This document shows, piece by piece, positions 54,110 through 63,003 of a stretch of DNA of 64,000 nucleotides; the first letter of the stretch is position 1; each line of letters begins with the position of its first letter. The notes beneath the pieces were generated by a model. The model was given only the letters and a program-made list of their open reading frames with translations, did no database searches and was not told where the DNA came from. The stretch comes from Desulfosudaceae bacterium (GTDB lineage Bacteria; Desulfobacterota; Desulfobacteria; Desulfobacterales; Desulfosudaceae). Made by a program: the position numbers and the translations under genes. The stretch lies in the NCBI GenBank assembly GCA_963674745.2, contig CAXXDV010000003.1:1856001-1920000 (forward strand), given 5' to 3'.

Positions 54110-54922
54110 TCATGATTTATCCGGGGAAGCACAGGAACGAACAATATTGGCAAAACTGACATTACCCATACACAGCATCTTCACAAAACGATCTTCCCTG
54201 TCTTTCATCATATGAATGATCGCCTTCTGTGAATAGCCGCTTGTCAGAAGTCCGGTGATTTCACCGTAAAGATCTTCCAGAAAATTCAACTTTCGTTCCA
54301 GGTGTACGCGGCCGTTTTCCGGCCAGGGATTATGGGCGCACATCAACCCGTCAAAAGCGTATGTTAAAATTTTTTTAAGCGATCTGATCTGATCGGAAAT
54401 ATCTTCATCAGCCCGGAAATACTTGATCCGATCACCCAGATACGAATCCCCGGAAAAAAGCCATCCCCTGTTTTGTTCCAGAAAAACCGTGTGGTCCTTG
54501 CTGTGACCGGGGGTGTGGATAGGCAGAAATTGAAATGAGCCGAACTCGATTTTTTCCGGAAACGGTTTAACCGCAACCGGGTCCGCTTTTCCCCAGATCA
54601 GACGCTGATAGGGATAAATCCGGTATGCGTGTTTCATTTTTTCAGCCGTAAGCGGGTGACCGATCACATCAACATGATGCGCCTTACCGAGAACAGCCGC
54701 ATTACCGCTGTGATCTTCGTGGTGATGGGTCAGCAGAATGGATTCTATCTTTTTCTCAGACAGGGCCTGGAGAATCTTTTTTCGCATGTTCCGCAGCCCG
54801 GTATCAATCAGAACGGATCCGACCAGATAAATATGAACGGTCATCAGCGGCGGGCCAATCGGCCCGAATCCCGCCTCAAAAGCGACAATGTCACCGAACT
54901 GCTTGCGGGTAAACACATTCAT
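54110..54922 (-). CDS. MBL-fold metallo-hydrolase
   Basis: THHHEDHSG, TPGHSKDH and FSGD motifs. Confidence 0.9.
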   Translation of the reverse strand: MNVFTRKQFGDIVAFEAGFGPIGPPLMTVHIYLVGSVLIDTGLRNMRKKILQALSEKKIESILLTHHHEDHSGNAAVLGKAHHVDVIGHPLTAEKMKHAYRIYPYQRLIWGKADPVAVKPFPEKIEFGSFQFLPIHTPGHSKDHTVFLEQNRGWLFSGDSYLGDRIKYFRADEDISDQIRSLKKILTYAFDGLMCAHNPWPENGRVHLERKLNFLEDLYGEITGLLTSGYSQKAIIHMMKDREDRFVKMLCMGNVSFANIVRSCASPDKS

Positions 54923-54957
54923 TTATGCCATTATCTAGGCGCATATCAAAAGCCGCC

Positions 54958-55380
54958 TCATTTCTTTTCCAGTTCAAGCAGACGATCTCTCAGCCGCTGC
55001 CCCAGCTCCAGCATTTCATTTTCCAGAAGCTGCAATTCATTGATACGGTCTCTGATATCGCCGATTTTTTTCGCGCCGAACTCAATGGCTTTCCGGATCT
55101 GGTCTTTTTCGTCAAAGTCGACATCATTAAAACCGATAATTTCGGCAATTTCATCAAGGGTGTAACCAAATCTTTTGCCCCTCAGAATGAGACGCAGCCG
55201 GCGCCTGTCCCGTTTGGAATAAAGCCGGTAATTTCCCTTGGTACGCCGGGGTGAAATCAGGTTTTTTTCTTCGTAAAACCGGATGGAACGCTTGCTGACA
55301 TCAAATTCTCTGGCCAAGTCGGCGATGGTATAAAATGTTTCCTGACTTTCCTGATCTTTTTGTTTTTCCTGTTTTTTCAT
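54958..55380 (-). CDS. MerR-family transcriptional regulator (LiuR-like)
   Basis: YTIADLAREFDVSKRSIRFYE...RLRLILRGKRFGYTLDEI; real start probably ATG 55380, not the track's 55782. Confidence 0.88.
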   Translation of the reverse strand: MKKQEKQKDQESQETFYTIADLAREFDVSKRSIRFYEEKNLISPRRTKGNYRLYSKRDRRRLRLILRGKRFGYTLDEIAEIIGFNDVDFDEKDQIRKAIEFGAKKIGDIRDRINELQLLENEMLELGQRLRDRLLELEKK

Positions 55381-55392
55381 AACGAGGGCCTT

Positions 55393-55428
55393 TAACCTTA
55401 ACGTAAAGGTTAGGGCGGGGGATGTCAA
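55393..55428 (-). promoter_or_regulatory. LiuR-type palindromic operator overlapping the regulator's own promoter
   Basis: TAACCTTAACGTAAAGGTTA (55393-55412); minus-strand TTGACA (55428-55423), 17 nt, then TACGTT inside the palindrome. Confidence 0.75.
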
Positions 55429-55773
55429 GAAGTGTTTTAATCTCCATAAAAACCTTTTTATGCGCTTATTTTCCAACTTTGTTTGGCTACTGCTTGCAGC
55501 CAAAGAAAATTTGAAATACAATCCGTAAGAATAATTAACAAGTTTAAACGGAGGAAAAATCCATGGCCAAAGGAAGAGATGCCCAGAAAACAGATAAGAA
55601 AAAATCAGAAAAAACCTTGAAAGAAAAACGCAAAGAGAAAAAAGAGAAAAAATCCAAAAAAAGTTTTTAATTAACGCTTTAATCAATTGAGTCTTGATAC
55701 CATTATGACAGTCAAGACCTGATGCTTGGGCTACGTAATCAGCAAATACAGCTGCGGACAAATGTGGGGAGGC

Positions 55774-55837
55774 ACATAACAAACGGCTTTACGTTGGGCC
55801 GCTCGTACCTCGCGGCCTGTGAGGCTTAACGTAGCGG
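55774..55837 (+). repeat. Degenerate attC-like site (core GTT reduced to GT)
   Basis: ACATAAC...GGCTTTAC..GGCCGC-loop-GCGGCC.GTGAGGCT..AAC-GTAGCGG, immediately before the LysE gene. Confidence 0.6.
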
Positions 55838-55857
55838 CAAATTTTGAGTATGCTGTA

Positions 55858-56475
55858 ATGACACTGATTTCCTGGCTGACGCTTGTCGGTATATGCGCCG
55901 TCGGCGCCATGTCACCCGGCCCGAGCCTGGCGGTAATTCTCCAGAAAAGGATCCGGAGTTCTCTTGGTCAGGCGCTGATCGCAAGCTGGTCCCATGCGGC
56001 AGGTATTTTTTTCTGGGCCCTGGCGGCCAGCACCACACTGGGCACCCTGTTTGAACGTTTTCCTCCGATTAAAACCTTGCTAACGATGGCCGGCGCAACC
56101 TTTCTGGTATACCTGGCCATCAAGTCATGGAAACATCAAGAGGATGATTACAGCGGTCCCGACAAGCAATTACCGGCCGCCTGGTTGAGCGGCTTGAGCA
56201 TTTCACTGCTCAACCCCAAAATTTTTGTCTTTTTCACGGCCCTTTTTTCACAGTTTATTCCTCAAGGCGCGGGGTTGATGACGATGGTCGGCATGGCCAT
56301 AGTTGCCTGGCTCGTTGATGGTACATGGTACAGCTTTGTTTCTCTGCTTGTGGGGACGATCGGGCTTGAAAAAAAGCTCAACCGCTACAGCCTTTTCATC
56401 AACCGGACCGCCGCTGTTTTCTATCTGGTCATCGCCGTCCTGTCCCTGGTGCAGATTGCGGGTTTAACCGCATGA
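55858..56475 (+). CDS. LysE/RhtB family translocator
   Basis: AMSPGPS, GATFLVYLAIK and SLLNPKIFVFF; start ATG 55858. Confidence 0.9.
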   Translation: MTLISWLTLVGICAVGAMSPGPSLAVILQKRIRSSLGQALIASWSHAAGIFFWALAASTTLGTLFERFPPIKTLLTMAGATFLVYLAIKSWKHQEDDYSGPDKQLPAAWLSGLSISLLNPKIFVFFTALFSQFIPQGAGLMTMVGMAIVAWLVDGTWYSFVSLLVGTIGLEKKLNRYSLFINRTAAVFYLVIAVLSLVQIAGLTA

Positions 56476-57034
56476 AACACAACCAGCCTTAATAACAGGC
56501 CGCCATACTGCCCCATACGCCCTGCCCTGTTGCTTTATCTACCCAGCGTTTTGACCTTCCGATTTAAATAAGTTAAATAATTTTCAATGCGTTTTCGTAT
56601 TATTCGCGGGAATGGGGGATCGAGCTCCCCTACCCATACAATTTTCCATATAAAAATGCTGCTTAATTCCTTAAACCGCTTACGGCAGTTTGTCTTTTTG
56701 AAAAACGCCTAAATTTTATTTTAACTATTTGTATTTAATAGACATATTTTCCTATGTCGAAAAATTTCATGAAATATTAGGGCTAGTTTCCATTAATTAC
56801 TACTGTTATGCCACATATATACAGTGACCAAGCCATGAAACCGCATAATACGAAAATTTTTAATTTTTGCCGGATAAAAAATATAGGTATTGAAAGATGG
56901 GCAAAAGAGGAGGCAGGCGAAATCCTTGATAAATATTATTATGACACTTGGACCTTATAACAAAGTTTTTAAATAGCATAACGAACAAGGATAGATCGTG
57001 CGAGGACACCATGGGCTTAGAAGTATAAAAGTTA

Positions 57035-57062
57035 TTGACAATCGGCCTTAATTTGGTACCAT
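57035..57062 (+). promoter_or_regulatory. Putative sigma70 promoter of the toxin-antitoxin pair
   Basis: TTGACA-16-TACCAT with TG extension, 22 nt before the start; GGAGG RBS. Confidence 0.6.
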
Positions 57063-57084
57063 AAAAAGACCGGAGGCAACCCCA

Positions 57085-57366
57085 ATGAATATGATAAACG
57101 ACATCAAACCAGTTACTTATTTGAAATCTAAGGCCGCAGATCTCTTGAATCAAATAAATGAAACCCGTCGACCTGTAATTATAACTCAGAATGGGGAACC
57201 CCGAGCAGTCCTTCAAGATCCCAAAAGCTATGAAGATATGCGGAATGCTATCGGCCTATTAAAACTGATTTCGCAAGGTGATAATGATGTGAGAAATGGT
57301 CATTTAAAAGCACAAGAGAACGTTTTCAAAGACCTTGAAGATTCATTGAAAACAAAATTGAGATGA
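57085..57366 (+). CDS. Phd/YefM-family antitoxin
   Basis: DIKPVTYLK...RPVIITQNGEPRAVL motif; ATGA overlap with the toxin. Confidence 0.92.
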   Translation: MNMINDIKPVTYLKSKAADLLNQINETRRPVIITQNGEPRAVLQDPKSYEDMRNAIGLLKLISQGDNDVRNGHLKAQENVFKDLEDSLKTKLR

Positions 57367-57695
57367 CTTCAGAGTATAAAGTTGTTTGGGCCAATGTGGC
57401 AGAAAATGATTTAAAAAATATTATTGCGTACATTGCAGAAGATAGTCCTCAAAAGGCTTTAAACATTTTAAATAAAATACGACAGAAAGTGTCCCAGCTA
57501 TACACTCTACCCGAAAGTGGTAGAATTGTTCCAGAACTTCAAGACCAAGGGATAGTCCAATATAGGGAATTAATTATTTCACCTTGGAGATTAATTTACC
57601 GAATTTTTGAGCTGAAAGTATATGTATTATCCGTTATCGATTCACGTCAGAATGTTGAAGACATCCTGCTAAAAAGATTTATTAATCAAACATAG
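57363..57695 (+). CDS. RelE/ParE-family toxin
   Basis: AENDLKNIIAYIAEDSP, PESGRIVPEL and YRELIISPWRLIYR motifs. Confidence 0.92.
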   Translation: MTSEYKVVWANVAENDLKNIIAYIAEDSPQKALNILNKIRQKVSQLYTLPESGRIVPELQDQGIVQYRELIISPWRLIYRIFELKVYVLSVIDSRQNVEDILLKRFINQT

Positions 57696-57698
57696 AAC

Positions 57699-57759
57699 TG
57701 CCAACAAGGGCATTCAGCAGACTGGAAAAAACAACGGCTGCTGATGCCCGCCGTTATGT
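57699..57759 (+). repeat. attC recombination site (61 bp)
   Basis: TGCCAAC-aa-GGGCATTCAGCAG...CTGCTGATGCCC-gcc-GTTATGT: a stem with one extra unpaired base in the left arm, 3 nt after the toxin stop. Confidence 0.85.
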
Positions 57760-57864
57760 TTCCCTCTTCAAGACTGAACGCAGATTTTTTTTTGCTGGCG
57801 AAGCTGGTGGGATGATAACCATAAAAAATTTAGAAGTAGTTACCCAATTCCGACGGAGACCATT

Positions 57865-58350
57865 ATGTCAACCAGTCGAAGTGTATTGCTCGTATCCCTT
57901 GTCTTTGGGGCGCTGCTGTTTGGCGGCTGCGCCGCCCTTCAGTTCCGAGAACCTGTTTATGTGAACCTGGCTGACGTTGAGCCGCTTCAGGGTGAGGGGT
58001 TGGAGCTTAGAATGCTGCTCAAGCTGCGAATTCAGAATCCCAATGATGTGCCTCTGAACTACAACGGTATGTCAATCCGAATGGATGTGCAGGGCAAAAA
58101 TTTCGCTACCGGCGTAAGCGACGCTGCAGGCAGCATACCCAGTTTTGGAGATGCAATCGTTGACATCCCTATGAGTATCTCTGTGTTCAGTATCGCGCGT
58201 CAGGCGTTCGGCATCGCCCGTAACGAATACCGTGGGAAACTCCCTTATGAGATAAGTGGAAAACTCGCCGGATCAGCGTTTGATAGTATACGATTCGAGT
58301 TCCAGGGGGTGTTCACGCTGCCCCCAGAGCTCTTCGAGAGCAGCATGTGA
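57865..58350 (+). CDS. LEA type 2 / WHy domain lipoprotein
   Basis: Lipobox FGG-C; LRIQNPNDVPL (NPN motif) and FATGVS. Confidence 0.85.
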   Translation: MSTSRSVLLVSLVFGALLFGGCAALQFREPVYVNLADVEPLQGEGLELRMLLKLRIQNPNDVPLNYNGMSIRMDVQGKNFATGVSDAAGSIPSFGDAIVDIPMSISVFSIARQAFGIARNEYRGKLPYEISGKLAGSAFDSIRFEFQGVFTLPPELFESSM

Positions 58351-58360
58351 GCCGGTTCGG

Positions 58361-58432
58361 CAGCTGCTTAATCCAGGCAAGAGGAGCATTTCTGCCGCTA
58401 CTTCGCCCAGGCTGGAAAGATATTTTGGAGTT
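58361..58432 (+). pseudogene. HigA-like antitoxin fragment
   Basis: QLLNPGKRSISAATSPRLERYFGV resembles the HigA HTH segment (NGKRxIxxxxALRLxRYFG). Confidence 0.5.
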
Positions 58433-58518
58433 GTTCGAGGCGTGCTTTTTATTGACAAAGTTGATGAAAGTATAAGAGATCGGATGCAAAGCTTAGTTGA
58501 TGTAATGAAGATGAAGGA

Positions 58519-59856
58519 TCAGGGTGTATCAACAGCCTCTGCCCAGACCCGTAACCCCTCAACCCGCTCACCGATCCTTACGAAGACATCCTGATTCATC
58601 GGGGCGTCTTCGCCGTCAACCAGAACCGTCAGGTAATTGGATGTCACCCCTTTCAAGCGCCCGGTGGCCCGGTCTCTTTTATCCTCAATGCGAACAGGCA
58701 GGATACGCCCTGTTTGTTCACGACAAAATCGGGCTCTTTTGACTTCACCCAATTGCCGTATCAGGCGGCATCTTTCTTTGATAATCGACTGCCGGACCTG
58801 GTCGGAAAATTTTGCGGCAGGTGTTCCCGGACGTGGCGAGAACGGAAAAACATGCAGATAGCTTGCAGGTATTTCATCGATCAGGGCCATCGTCTGCTCA
58901 AATTCAAGCTCGCTTTCACCCGGGAATCCGCTCAGCACATCGATACCGATGGCCGCATCCGGCATGGCGCCTTTTATCTTTTTCACCCGGCCCTTAAAAT
59001 AGTCCGCCGTATAAGGCCGTCCCATGCGCGCCAGAATTGTATCGCTGCCGCTTTGCAACGGGATATGAAAATGGTGACAGATATGCGGGGAACGGGATGC
59101 CAGGTCAATGATGTCATCCGATATTTCACAGGGTTCGATGGAACTCAAACGGATACGGCCAATGGCCGTGGTTTCGTCAATCCGACACAACAATTCATAA
59201 AGGGACAACGGCGGAGAAAAGTCCAGGCCATAGGCCCCAAGATGAATACCGGTCAGGACGATTTCGGCATAACCGGCGGAAGAAAACTGCTCGATGCCGG
59301 CCATCACGTGCTCCGGCGGCATGCTGACACTTCTCCCCCTGGCATAAGGCACAATGCAGTAAGCGCAAAAGGCGTTGCACCCGTCCTGGATTTTCAGCGC
59401 CGGCCGGGTGCGGGAGCCCTGAACCGGCATGGTGGAAAAACAGACAAACATGTCTTTGGCACTGCCATCGTCGACAAAATGCGGCAGGCTTTCTGTATCA
59501 GATGCTTGAACAAGACGGGCGGCAATCTCCGGAATTTTATATTTGGCGGCATGGCTGACGATACAATCGACACAGCCGATTTTATTAATATCATTTTTTC
59601 CCACGGTCGCATAACATCCGGTAGCGATAATCACGGCCTGTGCGTTTTCACGACGATAATGGCGCAAATACTGCCGGGACTGCTGGGCGCTTCTGCCGGT
59701 CACGGCACAGGTATTGACAATATAAAGATCAGCCGGTCCATCATCCACCTGCACCCATCCGGCGGCAGACAAAAGGCCGGCAATGGCCTCGGATTCGAAC
59801 TGGTTGACCTTGCATCCCAGGGTCCTGATGGTAAATGTCGGCACCGGTTTATCCAC
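58519..59856 (-). CDS. mtaB: tRNA t6A37 methylthiotransferase MtaB
   Basis: TLGCKVNQFES, NTCAVT, KIQDGCNAFCAYC and HVFPFSPRPGT; GTG 59856 overlaps the mnmA stop. Confidence 0.92.
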   Translation of the reverse strand: MDKPVPTFTIRTLGCKVNQFESEAIAGLLSAAGWVQVDDGPADLYIVNTCAVTGRSAQQSRQYLRHYRRENAQAVIIATGCYATVGKNDINKIGCVDCIVSHAAKYKIPEIAARLVQASDTESLPHFVDDGSAKDMFVCFSTMPVQGSRTRPALKIQDGCNAFCAYCIVPYARGRSVSMPPEHVMAGIEQFSSAGYAEIVLTGIHLGAYGLDFSPPLSLYELLCRIDETTAIGRIRLSSIEPCEISDDIIDLASRSPHICHHFHIPLQSGSDTILARMGRPYTADYFKGRVKKIKGAMPDAAIGIDVLSGFPGESELEFEQTMALIDEIPASYLHVFPFSPRPGTPAAKFSDQVRQSIIKERCRLIRQLGEVKRARFCREQTGRILPVRIEDKRDRATGRLKGVTSNYLTVLVDGEDAPMNQDVFVRIGERVEGLRVWAEAVDTP

Positions 59857-60871
59857 TGATGATGCCTCCGCCCAGGACCATATCCTCCTGATAGAACACC
59901 GCGCCCTGCCCCGGCGCGACACCGAATTGAGGCCGGGCAAAAGTTATCCCGGCCTTGTCTTCTGGCAACAGCCTGACCGTGGCAGCAACCGCTTTGTGCT
60001 GATAACGCACTTTTAAGAGGCATGAAAAATCAGCATCCGGAACGGGACTGATCCAGTTGACGTCCCGCACAAGGCATTCGGTGCGCATCAGGTCGCTTCT
60101 GAATCCGACGCAAATCCGGTTGCGTTCGACGTCAATGGCGGCAACGTAATAAGGTTCCGCGGCCGGGCAGTTGATACCGCGACGCTGGCCCACGGTAAAC
60201 AGGTGAACGCCGTTATGTTCGCCGATCACTTTACCGGCCATGTTCTCGATCAGGCCCGGCTGGGGCACCCGACCGGCCTGCCGCGCGATAAACTCGCCGT
60301 AGGTTTCTTGCGGTCGGATAAAACAGACATCCTGACTTTCACCGGCACGTAACGGGGCCAGCCCTTTTTCATGCGCCAGGGCGGTTACCGCGGTTTTGGT
60401 CATGTGACCGACGGGAAAACGGACCCGTTCCAGTTGCTCCCGGCTCAAAAAGGCCAGAAAATAGCTCTGGTCCTTTTTGGGATCCAACCCTTTTAACAGC
60501 CTCATACCCTGAGATGTTTCCTCAACCCGGCAGTAATGACCCGAAGCAACGAATTGAGCGCCCTGTTTTAAGGCATACTCGATTCCGACACGGAATTTAA
60601 TGAAAGGATTGCAGCGAAGGCAGGGATTGGGGGTTTCTCCACGAAAATAAGAACGGGTAAAATAATCCACCACTCCGGATTTGAAATCCTGTTGGCAGTA
60701 GATCACTTCAACCGGCATATCGGCCCGGCTTGAGATGGTCCGCACCTCATCATCCGCCAGATCGTTATAACCGGTCTTCAGATAGATACCGAAAGCCCGT
60801 GGATTCGATTTTTTCAATAAATAAGCGGCCACCAGAGAGTCTACACCGCCGCTGAGCAGGATCGCGGCCAT
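59849..60871 (-). CDS. mnmA: tRNA 2-thiouridylase MnmA
   Basis: SGGVDS, TPNPCLRCN, SGHY, KDQSYFL, ESQDVCF and PGQGAVFY motifs. Confidence 0.95.
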   Translation of the reverse strand: MAAILLSGGVDSLVAAYLLKKSNPRAFGIYLKTGYNDLADDEVRTISSRADMPVEVIYCQQDFKSGVVDYFTRSYFRGETPNPCLRCNPFIKFRVGIEYALKQGAQFVASGHYCRVEETSQGMRLLKGLDPKKDQSYFLAFLSREQLERVRFPVGHMTKTAVTALAHEKGLAPLRAGESQDVCFIRPQETYGEFIARQAGRVPQPGLIENMAGKVIGEHNGVHLFTVGQRRGINCPAAEPYYVAAIDVERNRICVGFRSDLMRTECLVRDVNWISPVPDADFSCLLKVRYQHKAVAATVRLLPEDKAGITFARPQFGVAPGQGAVFYQEDMVLGGGIISG

Positions 60872-61803
60872 CAGAGTTGCCTGTTTCGCCTGTCTAGAAA
60901 TTCCAACTGGCAGGCCACCGCTTCCGCCCGGGGCATAGCCACCCCGGCCCGGGCGGCGGCATTGATTGGTTGCCGGTAAATCTCTTCGATTTCCAGCGGC
61001 CGCCCGGCTTCAAAATCAAGCTTCATGCTGGGGCTGTAGGCCACCATTTGCCGGGTGGCGGCGATCATCGATTCAATGAACCTGTCCTGAAGCGGTTGTC
61101 CGCAGGCGCGAGCACCGGCCGCAACCTCTTCCATGATATTTCGGACCAGTTCCAATGACGACGCATCCGCCATCAACTGGTCCGTGGTGGCGGACAGAAC
61201 AACCGTTACCCCGTTAAAAGCCATATTCCAGACCAGCTTCTGCCACCTGGCCAGGGCCAGGTTTTCCGCCACATCGACTTGAACACCCGCCGAGCGGAAG
61301 GTTTCGGCGACCGCCTCCAGCGCCGGTGTCAGGCCGGACGGAAACCCGTCCTCACGGAATTCACCCAGTCGGATCGACCCGAAATCAAGATGATGAATGT
61401 GTCCCGGCCCTATTTTATTGCTGCACAAAAAACATAATCCGCCGATAACCGTTGCTTCGGGAACAATGCCATGAATGGCTTTTTCGGCTGTAAAGCCATT
61501 TTGGAGGGCCACCACAATGCCTTCCGGTTTGGCCACATGAGGCAGGATATCCGCCAGCCGATCATTGGCGGTTGTTTTCAAGGCGACCAGAACGACATCA
61601 CAACGGGGCATATCTTCTGCCCGGTTATAGGCATTGATTTTTTCCAGCCTGAAATCACCGTCCTTGGAATCGATTGTCAGCCCGTTTTTTCGGACATGTT
61701 CGTAATCACTGCGCAAAAGAAAATGCGTCTCAAAACCATGGCGGCAGAGCAACCCGCCGTAATATCCACCGACGGCGCCGGTGCCGATAACCGCAAACTT
61801 CAT
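60871..61803 (-). CDS. panE: 2-dehydropantoate 2-reductase family protein
   Basis: GTGAVG, LQNG, WQKLVWN and SMKLD...PLE motifs. Confidence 0.85.
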   Translation of the reverse strand: MKFAVIGTGAVGGYYGGLLCRHGFETHFLLRSDYEHVRKNGLTIDSKDGDFRLEKINAYNRAEDMPRCDVVLVALKTTANDRLADILPHVAKPEGIVVALQNGFTAEKAIHGIVPEATVIGGLCFLCSNKIGPGHIHHLDFGSIRLGEFREDGFPSGLTPALEAVAETFRSAGVQVDVAENLALARWQKLVWNMAFNGVTVVLSATTDQLMADASSLELVRNIMEEVAAGARACGQPLQDRFIESMIAATRQMVAYSPSMKLDFEAGRPLEIEEIYRQPINAAARAGVAMPRAEAVACQLEFLDRRNRQL

Positions 61804-62462
61804 TATTGCCTCCAGCGGAATTGTAAAAAAGCCTCCGCGTTTTTCTGCATCTGCCTAAAATCATCCTCCGTCAGGCCTGCACCACGAGCGATACGGCAGG
61901 CCGACGTTTTATCCTTTAAATCACCTGGCGCGTGACTATCGGTATTGAGCACCAGGCCGGCCCCGTGTTTTTTTGCCAGAGCGGCAACATGACCGTTGGC
62001 AAAGGCATGCCCCGGCCGGGCGGATATTTCCAACAGCACCTTGTTCTTTACTGCGGCGATCACATCCTCTTCCGTGATCAGCCCGGGATGGGCCAGTACA
62101 TCAACGCCGGCTTCAATAGCCGCCCGATTCGTCCCTTCAGCAACAGGCTCGACCAGGGTCTCACCATGGACAATCACGATAACGGCCCCCAGAGAGCGCG
62201 CTTTGGCGCACATATCGGCGATTAAAACCGGGGGTACGTGGGTGATCTCAATACCGGGAATTATCCTGATCGACATGACACGGTTTAATTCTTCGGCCAC
62301 ATTGACAATCCTGGGAATAATAAAATCAATATTGGATGAATCACCGTGATCGGTCATGCCGATTGCGCTTAAACCGCAATGTTCGGCCCGCCTGGCCAGT
62401 TCGGCCGGGACGAGCACCCCGTCACTAAACAGCGTATGCGTATGAAGGTCTATCATATCCAC
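61803..62462 (-). CDS. PHP-family phosphoesterase (histidinol-phosphatase-like)
   Basis: DLHTHTLFSDG, TDH, HGET, LAHPG and NTDSH motifs. Confidence 0.88.
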   Translation of the reverse strand: MDMIDLHTHTLFSDGVLVPAELARRAEHCGLSAIGMTDHGDSSNIDFIIPRIVNVAEELNRVMSIRIIPGIEITHVPPVLIADMCAKARSLGAVIVIVHGETLVEPVAEGTNRAAIEAGVDVLAHPGLITEEDVIAAVKNKVLLEISARPGHAFANGHVAALAKKHGAGLVLNTDSHAPGDLKDKTSACRIARGAGLTEDDFRQMQKNAEAFLQFRWRQ

Positions 62463-62499
62463 CTGACAATCAATTAAATGTTAACTTCTTACGTTGCCG

Positions 62500-63003
62500 T
62501 TAAACCTTATACTTGCCGAAATCTTCAGGCGACAACTTCTCCAGGTACTCCGCCCATTTTTTCCCTTCTTCACTTTCGTCTTCCATCTCATACGTGCGAT
62601 CACCCTCAGCGGGCTTCAATTCGGAAATCACCTTGTCATCGATATAAATCGGCGCGTTGAAACGAACGGAAAGCGCGATGGCATCACTGGGTCGTGAGTC
62701 CATTGTGAACGTCTGATCACCGGATGCAAAAACAAGCCGCGCGAAAAAGGTGTTATCTTTCAAATCACAGACTTCTATCTTCATCAGGGTAACGTCCATG
62801 TGCATGATAAAATTCTTGAACAAATCATGTGTCATGGGCCGATCAAAATCAATTTTCTGTAAGGCCGATGCGATGGAAGCCGCCTCCAGCAGCCCGATCC
62901 AGATGGGAACCGTCTCATTGGTTTCAATGGTTCTTAAGACCAGAATCGGGGCGTTGGTCTCTTCATCCACCGTTAGGCCGATAATCTTTGCTTTATGCAG
63001 CAT
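62500..63003 (-). CDS. Bifunctional nuclease family (DUF151) protein
   Basis: PIWIGLLEA, RPMTHDL and DSRPSDAIAL; start ATG 63003. Confidence 0.9.
   Translation of the reverse strand: MLHKAKIIGLTVDEETNAPILVLRTIETNETVPIWIGLLEAASIASALQKIDFDRPMTHDLFKNFIMHMDVTLMKIEVCDLKDNTFFARLVFASGDQTFTMDSRPSDAIALSVRFNAPIYIDDKVISELKPAEGDRTYEMEDESEEGKKWAEYLEKLSPEDFGKYKV

Noticed and set aside
55381..55782. N-terminal extension of the MerR ORF to 274 aa
   Set aside because: It is low-complexity Phe/Leu-rich translation of AT-rich DNA; the promoter and operator lie inside it, so the start is 55380.
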